This document shows, one piece after another, positions 1-8,636 of a stretch of DNA of 64,000 bases. The position numbers and the translations under genes are program-made. Where the stretch lies: positions 70,324 through 134,323 of the forward strand of contig OY970068.1 in the NCBI GenBank assembly GCA_963705315.1, given 5' to 3'. Within the stretch, counting starts at the first letter, position 1. Every line of letters starts with the position of its first letter. The stretch comes from an uncultured Actinomycetes bacterium (lineage in GTDB: Bacteria > Actinomycetota > Thermoleophilia > Solirubrobacterales > Solirubrobacteraceae). The notes under the pieces are model-generated. The model was not told where the DNA came from. It worked only from the letters and a program-made list of their open reading frames with translations, and did no database searches.

Positions 1-389
1 GCGGCGGCGTGCGGATGGGGACGGCGGAGATCTACGGCGCCGTGCTGGCGATCGACGAGGTCGTCGACGCGCTCGTCGTGGACGTCCCACGCGCAGGCGC
101 GGAGAGCTGGATGGCGCTCTTCGTTGTTGTTCGGGACGGAGCCGACCTCGATGACGACCTGCGTGGCGCCATCGCCCGCCGCATCCGTGAGGACTGCTCG
201 CCGCGCCACGTTCCCGACGACGTCTTCGCCGTGGCCGAGGTGCCGCGCACGCTGTCGGGCAAGGTGCTCGAGGTGCCCGTGAAGCGGATCCTCAGCGGCA
301 CCGCGCCCGAGGTCGCCGCGAGCCGCGACTCGCTTGCCAACCCGGCGGCGCTGGACTGGTTCGTGGACTTCGCGCGGGCCCGGGGCTAA
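1..389 (+). CDS. AMP-dependent acyl-CoA / acetoacetyl-CoA synthetase, C-terminal fragment (5' end outside window)
   Basis: The frame of ORF 9..389 stays open to the window edge. The C-terminal motif PRTLSGKVLEVPVKRIL is typical of the adenylate-forming ligase C-terminal subdomain. GC3 is high. Confidence 0.6.
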   Translation, partial: GGVRMGTAEIYGAVLAIDEVVDALVVDVPRAGAESWMALFVVVRDGADLDDDLRGAIARRIREDCSPRHVPDDVFAVAEVPRTLSGKVLEVPVKRILSGTAPEVAASRDSLANPAALDWFVDFARARG

Positions 390-403
390 CGTCCGAGCCG
401 ATC

Positions 404-1021
404 GTGAGCAAGAGCCGCGCCAAGAAGAAGCAGCGCCGGCGGACGCAGGCGGCCAGCGCGCCGGCGGCCGACGTTCCGGTGCCCGCGCGCGACGCCGTCC
501 AGGCGCGGCGCGCGCGCGTGACGCAGCACGCGCGCGTGGCGCGGCACGAGCGCGTGGCGCGTCGCGAGAGCCAGCGCCGGCCCGAGCCCGTGGGCCATCT
601 GCCCACCCGCTTTGAGGTGCGCGACGGCGTCGCGCGCCCCGAACCGCCGTGGGCGCCGTTTCCGCTGACGGAGATCGCGATCTTCGTCGGCCTCGTCCTT
701 TTCCTGCTCGGCTACTTCGCGTCGGCCGACCGGTCGCCCGCGCTGCTCGGCGCGGGCGCCCTCGTGCTCATCGTGTCCGTCGCCGAGATGTGCCTGCGCG
801 AGCATTTCGGCGGCTTTCGCTCGCACAGCATCCTGCTCGCGTTGCTGCCCGTCACCGTGGTGCACACGCTCGTCGTCTACGCCATCACGACGTCGTGGAC
901 GGGGCCGATCGCGCTGCTCGTCGACCTGGCGATCGCCGGCGCGCTGGCGTGGTTTCTGCACCAGCGCTTCCAGCGCGCGCATGCAGACGCCGAAGCACGC
1001 GCCGGCCGCGCCGCCGCCTGA
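404..1021 (+). CDS. hypothetical membrane protein with a basic N-terminus and about 4 TM helices
   Basis: ATG ORF of 205 aa. It has a Lys/Arg-rich N-terminal region followed by hydrophobic segments (IAIFVGLVLFLLGYF, LLGAGALVLIVSV, ILLALLPVTVVHTLVVYAI, IALLVDLAIAGALAWFL). Confidence 0.5.
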   Translation: MSKSRAKKKQRRRTQAASAPAADVPVPARDAVQARRARVTQHARVARHERVARRESQRRPEPVGHLPTRFEVRDGVARPEPPWAPFPLTEIAIFVGLVLFLLGYFASADRSPALLGAGALVLIVSVAEMCLREHFGGFRSHSILLALLPVTVVHTLVVYAITTSWTGPIALLVDLAIAGALAWFLHQRFQRAHADAEARAGRAAA

Positions 1022-1094
1022 TCGCGACCTCGCAGACAGAAACGGATGGTTCTGCGTGTTCGGGTGAACGTTTGCGCGCTCCCGTTCATCGGCA

Positions 1095-1460
1095 ATGGGA
1101 CGAGACCCGAAGCGCCTCGCGAACCGCCGTCGATCCGCTGCTGTCGCCGTCCTCGCCGGCCTGGCGATCACGCTTGGCGCCGCGCCCTCCGCGTCGGCGT
1201 CAGACAACCCGATCATGGGGCGCTGGCCGGCGAAGATCTCCGTCGGTGCGGTCGTGCGTGCCACGGGCTTGCCCGGCCAGTACCGGTATGTCGTGTCCAA
1301 GGGCGCGCTTCAGTGCGAGCGGGCCTCCCACGGGCTCTACACCGACGACGCGTTCTACATCGGGGACTACCGCGGGCCCTGCGCCAACCCGCTCGGCTTC
1401 ATCGGGGACATCGACGGCGTGGCGGTCGCCAACCGCGCCATCGACTGGTCGGGCAACTGA
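1095..1460 (+). CDS. small secreted hypothetical protein
   Basis: 121-aa ORF with a signal-peptide-like N-terminus (RRRSAAVAVLAGLAITLGAAPSASA) and a natural residue composition afterwards. Confidence 0.5.
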   Translation: MGRDPKRLANRRRSAAVAVLAGLAITLGAAPSASASDNPIMGRWPAKISVGAVVRATGLPGQYRYVVSKGALQCERASHGLYTDDAFYIGDYRGPCANPLGFIGDIDGVAVANRAIDWSGN

Positions 1461-1471
1461 CGTCGTCGGTC

Positions 1472-1505
1472 ATCCGCGCCGCCGCCTCATCGCGGCGACG
1501 CGGAT
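1472..1505. terminator. GC-rich hairpin between convergent genes (candidate bidirectional terminator)
   Basis: The 14-nt arm atccgcgccgccgc (1472..1485) pairs with gcggcgacgcggat (1492..1505) with one mismatch across a 6-nt loop. It lies between the stop at 1460 (+) and the stop at 1524 (-). There is no U-tract. Confidence 0.35.
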
Positions 1506-1523
1506 CAACGCAGTGCGGCGCGC

Positions 1524-2327
1524 TCAGCAGTTCACGGTGACGTTGAAGCCGTCGCCGCCGGCTGGCGTCGTGGGAGCGCCCGCCGAGTTGTAGGTGTTGA
1601 CCTCGACCGAGCTGCCGACGGGCTGGTCGGTCGACACCTCGCCGGCGGTGCCGGCCGTGCCCGCGGCGTCGCCGAGCGTTGCCGACACGCCGCAGCCGGT
1701 GATGACGCGCTCGAACGTGACGAGGAATCGCCCGACGCCCGCAAACGACACCGTGGTCGCCCCGCGGTCGCGCACGATCGTCGGCGTCGCGTCCGCGTCG
1801 ACGAGCGCCCACAGCGTCACGAGGTCCGCGGCCTCCAAACTGTCGACGCGGTCGGCGTTCAACCCGCTCGCCACGCCGTTGGCGTTCGTCGTGAACGGCT
1901 TGCCGTCGTTGGGGATCGTCGGGTCGCCGACGCTGAAGAAGCCGCCGATGTCGCCGCCGCCATCCGCCGTGGCGAACTCGAACGCGAAGCCGCCGGCCTG
2001 GTTGTTGGCCCGGATGCACGGCGCCCGGCCCTCGCCGCTGCCGCCGGCCGGGCTGCGGCAGCCGTAGATCGCCGCGCCGCCGGCCTTGATGCCGGTCTTG
2101 AGGTTCGACTGGCGGGTGACGTAGCCGCCGGTCGGCTGCTTGGCGGTGAGCTTGCCGATGATCTGCGTCTCCTTCGTGGCGGTGCCGTTGCGTTGGCCCT
2201 CGCGCAGCGCGTCGCCGGTGGCCGCCACGGCGAACGGCGACGCGATCAGCGCCGCCGCAATCAGGACGCCGACGGCGACCGGGCGGTCGCGCATGCGGCG
2301 CCTGGCTGTTGACTGCGACTCACTCAT
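1524..2327 (-). CDS. secreted hypothetical protein
   Basis: 267-aa ORF. The N-terminus RRRMRDRPVAVGVLIAAALIASPFAVAA looks like a signal or Tat-like peptide. The body is Gly/Thr/Asn-rich and ends in Cys. I recognise no family. Confidence 0.55.
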   Translation of the reverse strand: MSESQSTARRRMRDRPVAVGVLIAAALIASPFAVAATGDALREGQRNGTATKETQIIGKLTAKQPTGGYVTRQSNLKTGIKAGGAAIYGCRSPAGGSGEGRAPCIRANNQAGGFAFEFATADGGGDIGGFFSVGDPTIPNDGKPFTTNANGVASGLNADRVDSLEAADLVTLWALVDADATPTIVRDRGATTVSFAGVGRFLVTFERVITGCGVSATLGDAAGTAGTAGEVSTDQPVGSSVEVNTYNSAGAPTTPAGGDGFNVTVNC

Positions 2328-2420
2328 GGAAATTCCCCCTCTTTGTGTGGATATGCGCTGATGGATGAGTTTCGGTGGAAGGCCGGACGCCCACCCCGGC
2401 GCCCGGCCCCCAGCCGTCCC

Positions 2421-4211
2421 CTACCAGCTCGCGATCGCCGTGCGGATGGCGGCGCGGAACTTCTCGATCGAGGCGGCCGTGTACGCGTCGCCGGTGGCAA
2501 CGTCACCCGAGCAGTCCTCGCAGTTGTAGAAGTGGCCGTATGCGAACGCCCGCTGCTGCACCTGCCCGCCGACCTTGAACGGGAGCAGGATGCGGCCGAA
2601 GCCCGCGCGCACCGAGCGCTGGCCGCTGCCGTAGCTGCCGCCCTTGCCGCGGTAGACCGTGTTGTTGATGAAGCTCGCCGCGACCTGAGGCTTGCCGGCG
2701 AACGCGGCCTCCTGCGCGATGAGCGTCTGCACCGACGCCGGAACGCTCGACGCCTGGATCATCGTGTCGAAGAACCGGTTGCGCACGCCGGCGGTCGGAA
2801 GCAGCGAGCCGTTGGACGCGCGCTCGATCATGTTCCCCAGATCGACGAGCGTCGTCTCGTTCTCGGTGTCCCAGCAGCCGACGTTGTGGTTGATCTGCGT
2901 GTTCGTGGAGCCGATCGCCTGCGCGAACGCGTTGATCACCGGGCGCCCGTAGCGCTGCTCGATGGCGAACGTCGTGCGGTTGTCGGAGACCGCCATCATC
3001 TGACGGTCGGCGTTGTCGAGCGTCATGCGACCGATCGACGTAACGCCGCTGCGCGTCGGGCAGATGTCCTTCGCGGCCTTGCCGGACGCGCATTCGCCGG
3101 TCCCGCCGCTGGTCGGGCAGGTCGGGAACGCGACGATCGCGTTGAGGTTCTCGGGCGGATTGGCTTCAAGCCGCGTGTGGAGGTACAGGTGGTGCAGGGT
3201 CTTCATGACGCTCGCCGGCTCGAACACGCGATCCGCGCCGAGGCTCGACGTCGTCGGCCCGCCGACCTGCTTGACGAACATGCCGTAGCGGGCGTTGCGC
3301 AGCTTCTCCGACGCCCGGGCCAGGCTGCGAACGCGCTGGTTGAACGGGTCGGCGTTGTCGTTGATGACGATCGTGAACCGGCGCTGATTGCCGATCGTGT
3401 ACGTGTCGACGTCGACGATCCGGCCGCCGTTCTGGGAGATGAAGTCACCCGCGCGGCGCGCGTCGATGTTGATCTCGTACGCGGAGAACTCGGTCTTGCG
3501 CTTGATCTGGATCGCGTTGAAGTTGCCGTTCGGGAGCCGGTCGAGGCTGAACGTCCGCGCGCCCTTGGCGCTCGCGTTGGCCTGCACGGTCGCCAGCGGG
3601 ACGTTGCGCCAGTACCACCACGCCGACTTGTCGACGCCCTTGTTTCGGATCATCACGGCGGCGTACTTCGTGGCGCCGCCCGAGCTGTAGCTCTCGAGAT
3701 CGATGAGCCGCGACTTGTGCTCCTTCAGGCGGGCCTTCAGCTTCGCCGAGCTGATCCCGTAGTACCAGTGCCAGTTCTTGGCGGCCTGCCCCTTGTTCTT
3801 GACCATGACGATCGCGAAGCGCCGCTGGCCGCCGACCTTGTAGGTCTCCAGATCGATGAGCCGCCCCTTCTTGGCGGCGAGCTTGCTCTTGACCTGCGCC
3901 GCCGACTGGCCGTAGTACCAGTACCAGCCGCGTTGGTAGACACCGGCGTTGCGGACCATCGCGACGGCGAAGCGGTGCGGCGAGGCCTGCTCGACCTCGA
4001 TGTCGACGATGCGGTCGCCGTGCGCCTTGTACTTCGCCTTGACCTCGGCCGCCGACTGGCCGTAGTACCAGTGCCAGCCGGTCGGGGTCGTCGCGTTGCG
4101 TTCAGGATCCGGCACCGGGGCGGCGGCGGCGGCGGCAGGAGCCGCGAGGGCGAGGCCGGAGCCGATCGCGATCAGTGAAGCGGCACGTCGGGTGTGTGGG
4201 GCGAGGCGCAT
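2421..4211 (-). CDS. secreted serine hydrolase with a class A beta-lactamase-like fold and N-terminal tandem repeat modules
   Basis: Signal peptide (AIGSGLALAAPAAAAAAP). There are about 4 repeats of roughly 65 aa sharing W(H/Y)WYYG(Q/I)S..(V/L)K.K....(R)(I/L)(V/I)DLE. The C-terminal half carries an S-x-x-K motif (ASVMKTLHH) and reads like a beta-lactamase or polyglycine-hydrolase-type domain. Confidence 0.7.
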   Translation of the reverse strand: MRLAPHTRRAASLIAIGSGLALAAPAAAAAAPVPDPERNATTPTGWHWYYGQSAAEVKAKYKAHGDRIVDIEVEQASPHRFAVAMVRNAGVYQRGWYWYYGQSAAQVKSKLAAKKGRLIDLETYKVGGQRRFAIVMVKNKGQAAKNWHWYYGISSAKLKARLKEHKSRLIDLESYSSGGATKYAAVMIRNKGVDKSAWWYWRNVPLATVQANASAKGARTFSLDRLPNGNFNAIQIKRKTEFSAYEINIDARRAGDFISQNGGRIVDVDTYTIGNQRRFTIVINDNADPFNQRVRSLARASEKLRNARYGMFVKQVGGPTTSSLGADRVFEPASVMKTLHHLYLHTRLEANPPENLNAIVAFPTCPTSGGTGECASGKAAKDICPTRSGVTSIGRMTLDNADRQMMAVSDNRTTFAIEQRYGRPVINAFAQAIGSTNTQINHNVGCWDTENETTLVDLGNMIERASNGSLLPTAGVRNRFFDTMIQASSVPASVQTLIAQEAAFAGKPQVAASFINNTVYRGKGGSYGSGQRSVRAGFGRILLPFKVGGQVQQRAFAYGHFYNCEDCSGDVATGDAYTAASIEKFRAAIRTAIASW

Positions 4212-4282
4212 GGCGCGTCCTTTCTCGTGGAGGTATGACCCTCCAACTGGACGCGTCCCGGCGAATTACGCCGGCGTGGGAC

Positions 4283-7200
4283 CTACCGCTCGCCCGGCGT
4301 CTTGATCGGGTACAGCGTGACCGGGATCGAGAGGTCGAGCGTCGTCTGCACGATGCGCGACTGCTCGGCGACGTGCGCCGCCGGATAGCCCTCGCCCGGC
4401 GAGGCGCGCTCGGGGCGCCCGATGTAGCCGAAGCGCAGGCGCTCGGGGAGGATCTGCATGAGGCGCGGGAACATGTGCGCGCGGGCGCCCATGTTGCGCG
4501 GCTCCTCCTGGACCCAGACGACCTCCTCGAGGTTCGGATAGCTCTCGATGAGCTCGAGCACCTGGGCCTCGGGGAACGGATAGAGCAGCTCGATGCGCCC
4601 GATGGCGACGCCGTCGACGTCCTTGCGCTGCGGGTGGCCGACGAGGTCGTAGTAGATCTTGCCGGTGCACAGCGCGAGGCGCTTGACCTTGTCGGAGGGC
4701 ACGCGCGGCTCGCCGAGCACATGGAAGAACTTCGTCTCGGACAGGTGCTCGATGCGGTTGGTCGCCTGCGGCAGGCGCAGCAGCGACTTCGGCGTCATGA
4801 GGATGAGCGGGCGCTGCTTGGCGATCCGCGCCTGGCGGCGCAGGAGGTGGAAGTACTGCGCGGGCGTCGTGACGTTCGCCACGCGCATGTTGCCCTCGCT
4901 GGCGAGCGTGAGGAAACGCTCCAGGCGCGCGGAGGAGTGCTCGGGCCCCGAGCCCTCGTAGCCGTGCGGAAGCAGCAGGACCAGGCGCGATGTCTGCCCC
5001 CACTTCGCCAGGCCGCTGGCGATGAACTGGTCGACGATGACCTGCGCGCAGTTCACGAAGTCGCCGAACTGCGCCTCCCACAGCACGAGCGTCTCGGGCG
5101 CCTCCTGGCTGTAGCCGTACTCGAAGCCCAGGCACGCGACCTCCGAGAGCGGCGAGTTGTGCAGCTCAAACGGGGCGAGCGCGCCGGGCAGCGCCTGGAT
5201 CGGGCACAGCGTCTGGCCGGTCTTCGCGTCGTGCAGGACCATGTGGCGCTGGGAGAACGTCCCGCGCTCGACGTCCTGGCCGGTGAGCCGGATCGGCGTC
5301 CCCTCCGACAGCAGCGAGGCGAAGGCGAGCGATTCGGCGTGCGCCCAGTCGATGCCACCGGCCTTGCCGAGCGCGTCGCGCCGGCGATCGAGCTGCTTGA
5401 CGAGCTTCGGATGCACCGTGAACCCCTCGGGCACCTTCAGGAGCTCCGCGTTGAGGCTGCGCAGGCGCTCGGCGCTGACAGCCGTCTTGACGTCCGGCGA
5501 CGGCGTGCGGTCGAGCTGGTACTCGCCGGTCGGCTGCTCGATGTCGCCGACCTCCGCGGCCGCCTTGATCTGCGCCTTGAGGCGCTGGTGGCGCGACGTC
5601 AGCTCCTCCCAGACCTCGGACTTCTTGCGCTCGACGTCCTCGGTGGTCACGACGCGCTGGTCGACGAGCTGCTGCGCCCAGATGTCGGCCACGCGCTTGT
5701 GTCGCTTGATGCGCTCGACCATCTCGGGCTGCGTGTAGGCGGGCTCGTCGGCCTCGTTGTGACCGAAGCGGCGGTAGCCGATGAGATCGATCAGCACGTC
5801 GTGGCCGAACTCCTGGCGAAACTCCCACGCCAGCCGCACCGCGGAGATGCAGCCGGCGACGTCGTCGGCGTTGACGTGGATGATCGGCACGTCAAAGCCC
5901 TTGGCGACGTCAGATGCCCAGCGCGTCGAGCGCGCCTCGTCGGGGTCGGTCGTGAAGCCGATCTGGTTGTTCTGGACGAGGTGCAGCGTGCCGCCGACCG
6001 AGTAGCCGTCGAGCGTCTGGAGGTTCAGCGTCTCCGGGACGACGCCCTGCGCCGGGAGGGCGGCGTCGCCGTGCAGGATGATCGGCACGGCGGCGTTCGT
6101 GTCGCGGCGCGCGTGCGGGCCCAGGCGCTCGGTCTGCGCGGCGCGCGAGGCGCCGACGACGACCGGACCGACGTACTCCAGGTGCGACGGGTTGGACTCG
6201 AGGTTGACGAGGATCGACGAGCCGTCGGCGAGCTGGTAGGAGCCCTGGGCGCCGTGGTGGTACTTCACGTCGCCGGTGCCGCCCTGGGGGATCGTCGTCA
6301 CCGCCTCGAGCGTCGAGGCGCCTTCGAACTCCGCGAAGATCGTGTCGTACGGCCGGCCGAGGTTGTGGGCCAGGACGTTGAGCCGCCCGCGATGCGCCAT
6401 CCCCAGCACGACCTCGCGCCCGCCCTGGATGGCCGCGAGCTGAATCGCCTCGTCGAGCATCGGGACCGTCATGTCGAGGCCCTCGATCGAGAACTGCTTC
6501 TGGCCGACGTATGCGCGATGCATGAAGCGCTCGAGCGCGTCGACCTCGATCAGGCGCCGCAGCAGCGCCTTGCGCTCGTCGGGGCTCAGCGGCCCGCGGA
6601 ACTCGCCGGACTCGATCTTCTCCCGCAGCCACGTGCGCTGGCGGTGCGAGGCGATGTGCTCGATCTCGTAGGCGATCGTGCCGCAGTACGTCTCGCGCAG
6701 GTGCGGCAGCGCGTCGGCGAGCGTCGCGCCGGGCACGTGGCAGCGCAGGACCTTCGCCGGGATGCGGGCCATGATCTCGGGCGTCAGGCCGAGCGGCTCG
6801 GGATCGAGCGCGGGGTCGCCCTCGGGCTCGGTCCCCAGCGGATCCAGGCGCGCGGCGAGGTGACCGTGCGTGCGGTGGGCCTTGAGCAGCGACACCGCGG
6901 CCTGCACGGCCTCGAGCAACTCCTCGGACGGCGGCGCCCCGGTGACGCGGTCGGTGGCCGGCGTGTCTCGCGCGGCGGCCGCCGCGGCGGCGGGGGCCGG
7001 CGGCGCGGGTGCGGGGCCGAGCGTGACGCCGAGCTCGCCGAAGACGCGCTCGTAGAAGCTGTGCTCGCCCTGCAGGTGCTCCTCGACGACCTTCAGGAAC
7101 TGGCCGGACTCAGCGCCCTGGATGACGCGGTGGTCATACGTCGAGGTCATCGACATGACCTTCTCGGCGCCGATCATGTCGCCGACGCCGCCGAGGCCGA

Positions 7201-8260
7201 CCGGGTAGCCGATCGCGCCGGTGGCGACAATCGTGCCCTGCCCGGCCATGAGCCGCGGTACGGAGGCGATCGTGCCGATGGCGCCGGGATTCGTCAGCGA
7301 GATGTTCGCGCCGGCGAGATCGTCGGCCGTGAGGGCGCCGTCCCGAGCGCGGGAGACGAGGTCGCCGAACGCGTCGAGGAAATCGGCGAACCCGAGCCGC
7401 CCCGCGTCGCGGATGACCGGGACCATGAGCGTGCGCGAACCGTCCTTCTTGGCGACGTCGACGGCGATGCCGAGGTTCACCGCGGCGTCGTCGACGACAT
7501 GCGGCTTGTCGTCGATGTCGGCGTAATGGTGCGTCATGACCGGCATCTCGTTGGCTGCCGCAAGCGCGATCGCGTACGCGATGAGGTGCGTGAACGACAC
7601 CTTGTGGCCGGCGGCCTTGAGCTCTGAGCGGCGCGCGTCGAGCGCCGTGACCGTCAGCGTGCGCAGCGACGTCGCGGTCGGGACGCTGCGCGACTGCTCC
7701 ATGTAGCGCGCGAGCATCGCCGCGCCGCCCTTCAGCGGCGTCGCGCCGGCCGTGGGAGCGGTCGGCGCCGGCGCGGCCTTCGCGGCGAGCACGTCGGCCT
7801 TCGTGACGCGCCCGGCGGGCCCGCTGCCCTGCAGCTCGGAGATGTCGATGCCCTCAGCGGCCGCGACGCGACGGGCGACGGGGGAGATCGCGCCGGCGCC
7901 GCCATTCGTGGCCGCGCCGTCGGTACGCGCCGGCGTCGCGGTCGCCCCGTTGGCGCCGTCGGTGTCGGCCGACGGCGTCTCGACGGCCGTCTGCGGAGTC
8001 GTGCCCCCGCCGTCGGTGGCGATCTCCGCCAGGACGGCGCCGACGCCGACCGTGTCGCCCTCGGCGAAGTAGATCTTCACGACGGTGCCAGAGGCCGGCG
8101 CGGACACCTCGGCGTCGACCTTGTCGGTCGAAATGTCGACAAGCGGCTCGTCGACGGCGATCGCGTCGCCCTCGCGCTTATGCCATTCAAGGACGGTGCC
8201 TTCCGTGACCGACTCCCCCATTGCGGGAAGCATCACCTTGATCGTGGTATCTACGGCCAT
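4283..8260 (-). CDS. kgd: multifunctional 2-oxoglutarate dehydrogenase: lipoyl domain + E3-binding domain + E2o acyltransferase core + E1o (Kgd/OdhA type)
   Basis: 1325-aa ORF with four recognisable parts. The N-terminal lipoyl motif is PAMGESVTEGTVLEWHKREGD...STDKVDAEVSAPASG. The peripheral-subunit-binding motif is ISPVARRVAAAEGIDISELQGSGPAGRVTKADV. The E2 catalytic motif is TSTYDHRVIQGAESGQFL. The long E1o part has ThDP-type motifs (GMAHRGRLNVL, ILHGDAA, QEEPRNMGA). Confidence 0.9.
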   Translation of the reverse strand: MAVDTTIKVMLPAMGESVTEGTVLEWHKREGDAIAVDEPLVDISTDKVDAEVSAPASGTVVKIYFAEGDTVGVGAVLAEIATDGGGTTPQTAVETPSADTDGANGATATPARTDGAATNGGAGAISPVARRVAAAEGIDISELQGSGPAGRVTKADVLAAKAAPAPTAPTAGATPLKGGAAMLARYMEQSRSVPTATSLRTLTVTALDARRSELKAAGHKVSFTHLIAYAIALAAANEMPVMTHHYADIDDKPHVVDDAAVNLGIAVDVAKKDGSRTLMVPVIRDAGRLGFADFLDAFGDLVSRARDGALTADDLAGANISLTNPGAIGTIASVPRLMAGQGTIVATGAIGYPVGLGGVGDMIGAEKVMSMTSTYDHRVIQGAESGQFLKVVEEHLQGEHSFYERVFGELGVTLGPAPAPPAPAAAAAAARDTPATDRVTGAPPSEELLEAVQAAVSLLKAHRTHGHLAARLDPLGTEPEGDPALDPEPLGLTPEIMARIPAKVLRCHVPGATLADALPHLRETYCGTIAYEIEHIASHRQRTWLREKIESGEFRGPLSPDERKALLRRLIEVDALERFMHRAYVGQKQFSIEGLDMTVPMLDEAIQLAAIQGGREVVLGMAHRGRLNVLAHNLGRPYDTIFAEFEGASTLEAVTTIPQGGTGDVKYHHGAQGSYQLADGSSILVNLESNPSHLEYVGPVVVGASRAAQTERLGPHARRDTNAAVPIILHGDAALPAQGVVPETLNLQTLDGYSVGGTLHLVQNNQIGFTTDPDEARSTRWASDVAKGFDVPIIHVNADDVAGCISAVRLAWEFRQEFGHDVLIDLIGYRRFGHNEADEPAYTQPEMVERIKRHKRVADIWAQQLVDQRVVTTEDVERKKSEVWEELTSRHQRLKAQIKAAAEVGDIEQPTGEYQLDRTPSPDVKTAVSAERLRSLNAELLKVPEGFTVHPKLVKQLDRRRDALGKAGGIDWAHAESLAFASLLSEGTPIRLTGQDVERGTFSQRHMVLHDAKTGQTLCPIQALPGALAPFELHNSPLSEVACLGFEYGYSQEAPETLVLWEAQFGDFVNCAQVIVDQFIASGLAKWGQTSRLVLLLPHGYEGSGPEHSSARLERFLTLASEGNMRVANVTTPAQYFHLLRRQARIAKQRPLILMTPKSLLRLPQATNRIEHLSETKFFHVLGEPRVPSDKVKRLALCTGKIYYDLVGHPQRKDVDGVAIGRIELLYPFPEAQVLELIESYPNLEEVVWVQEEPRNMGARAHMFPRLMQILPERLRFGYIGRPERASPGEGYPAAHVAEQSRIVQTTLDLSIPVTLYPIKTPGER

Positions 8261-8328
8261 CCGTCTATCAATCCTAGAGGGGTCGCTGTCCTGTACGCCA
8301 CAGTGCGACGACCGTTACCTTTCAGGCC

Positions 8329-8622
8329 ATCGACACCGCAGACGAACTTGAGCAGCTCTCGTCGGAAAAGCTCCACGATCTCGCGGTTCGGTACGCCGCG
8401 CGCCACCTCGACGTCGGCTTCTTCTGGCGGCTGCTTGAGTACCTGCCGGCGGCGGAGGCCGCGGCCGGGAACCTCGAAGAAGCCGAGGCGGACGCGATGA
8501 CGTTGCGCGCGCGCCTGGACGACCTGACCGACTCGGGCAAGGGCGAGGTCGGCGAGATGCTGCGGCCGTACTACCTGGCGTACCTGCACGAGCATGGCGT
8601 GGAGCCGTCGTACGGGGCGTAG
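8329..8622 (+). CDS. hypothetical protein; the reading frame has no canonical start before 8497 (ATC 8329, or ATG 8497 giving 41 aa)
   Basis: Frame 1 is open from 8278 to TAG 8620..8622 with about 84% GC3. The sequence is natural (EKLHDLAVRYARHLDVGFFWRLLEYLP...MLRPYYLAYLHEHGVEPSYGA). There is no ATG, GTG or TTG between 8278 and 8496, so the ORF track does not list it. Confidence 0.3.
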   Translation: MDTADELEQLSSEKLHDLAVRYAARHLDVGFFWRLLEYLPAAEAAAGNLEEAEADAMTLRARLDDLTDSGKGEVGEMLRPYYLAYLHEHGVEPSYGA

Positions 8623-8636
8623 TGCCGCGGCAGGTT

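Noticed and set aside
4175-7627. A 1150-aa ORF on the + strand, antisense to kgd. Similar long ORFs occur at 2343..4178 (+), 27447..29150 (-), 29011..30852 (+), 30929..32740 (+), 39990..41585 (-), 42928..44406 (-), 44211..46073 (-), 45875..47734 (-), 56519..58465 (+) and 60340..62889 (-).
   Set aside because: These are shadow ORFs typical of very GC-rich DNA. Their translations are dominated by Arg, Ala, Gly, Asp and Leu with no recognisable motifs. Each lies opposite, or out of frame with, a gene that has clear family motifs and better GC3 periodicity.
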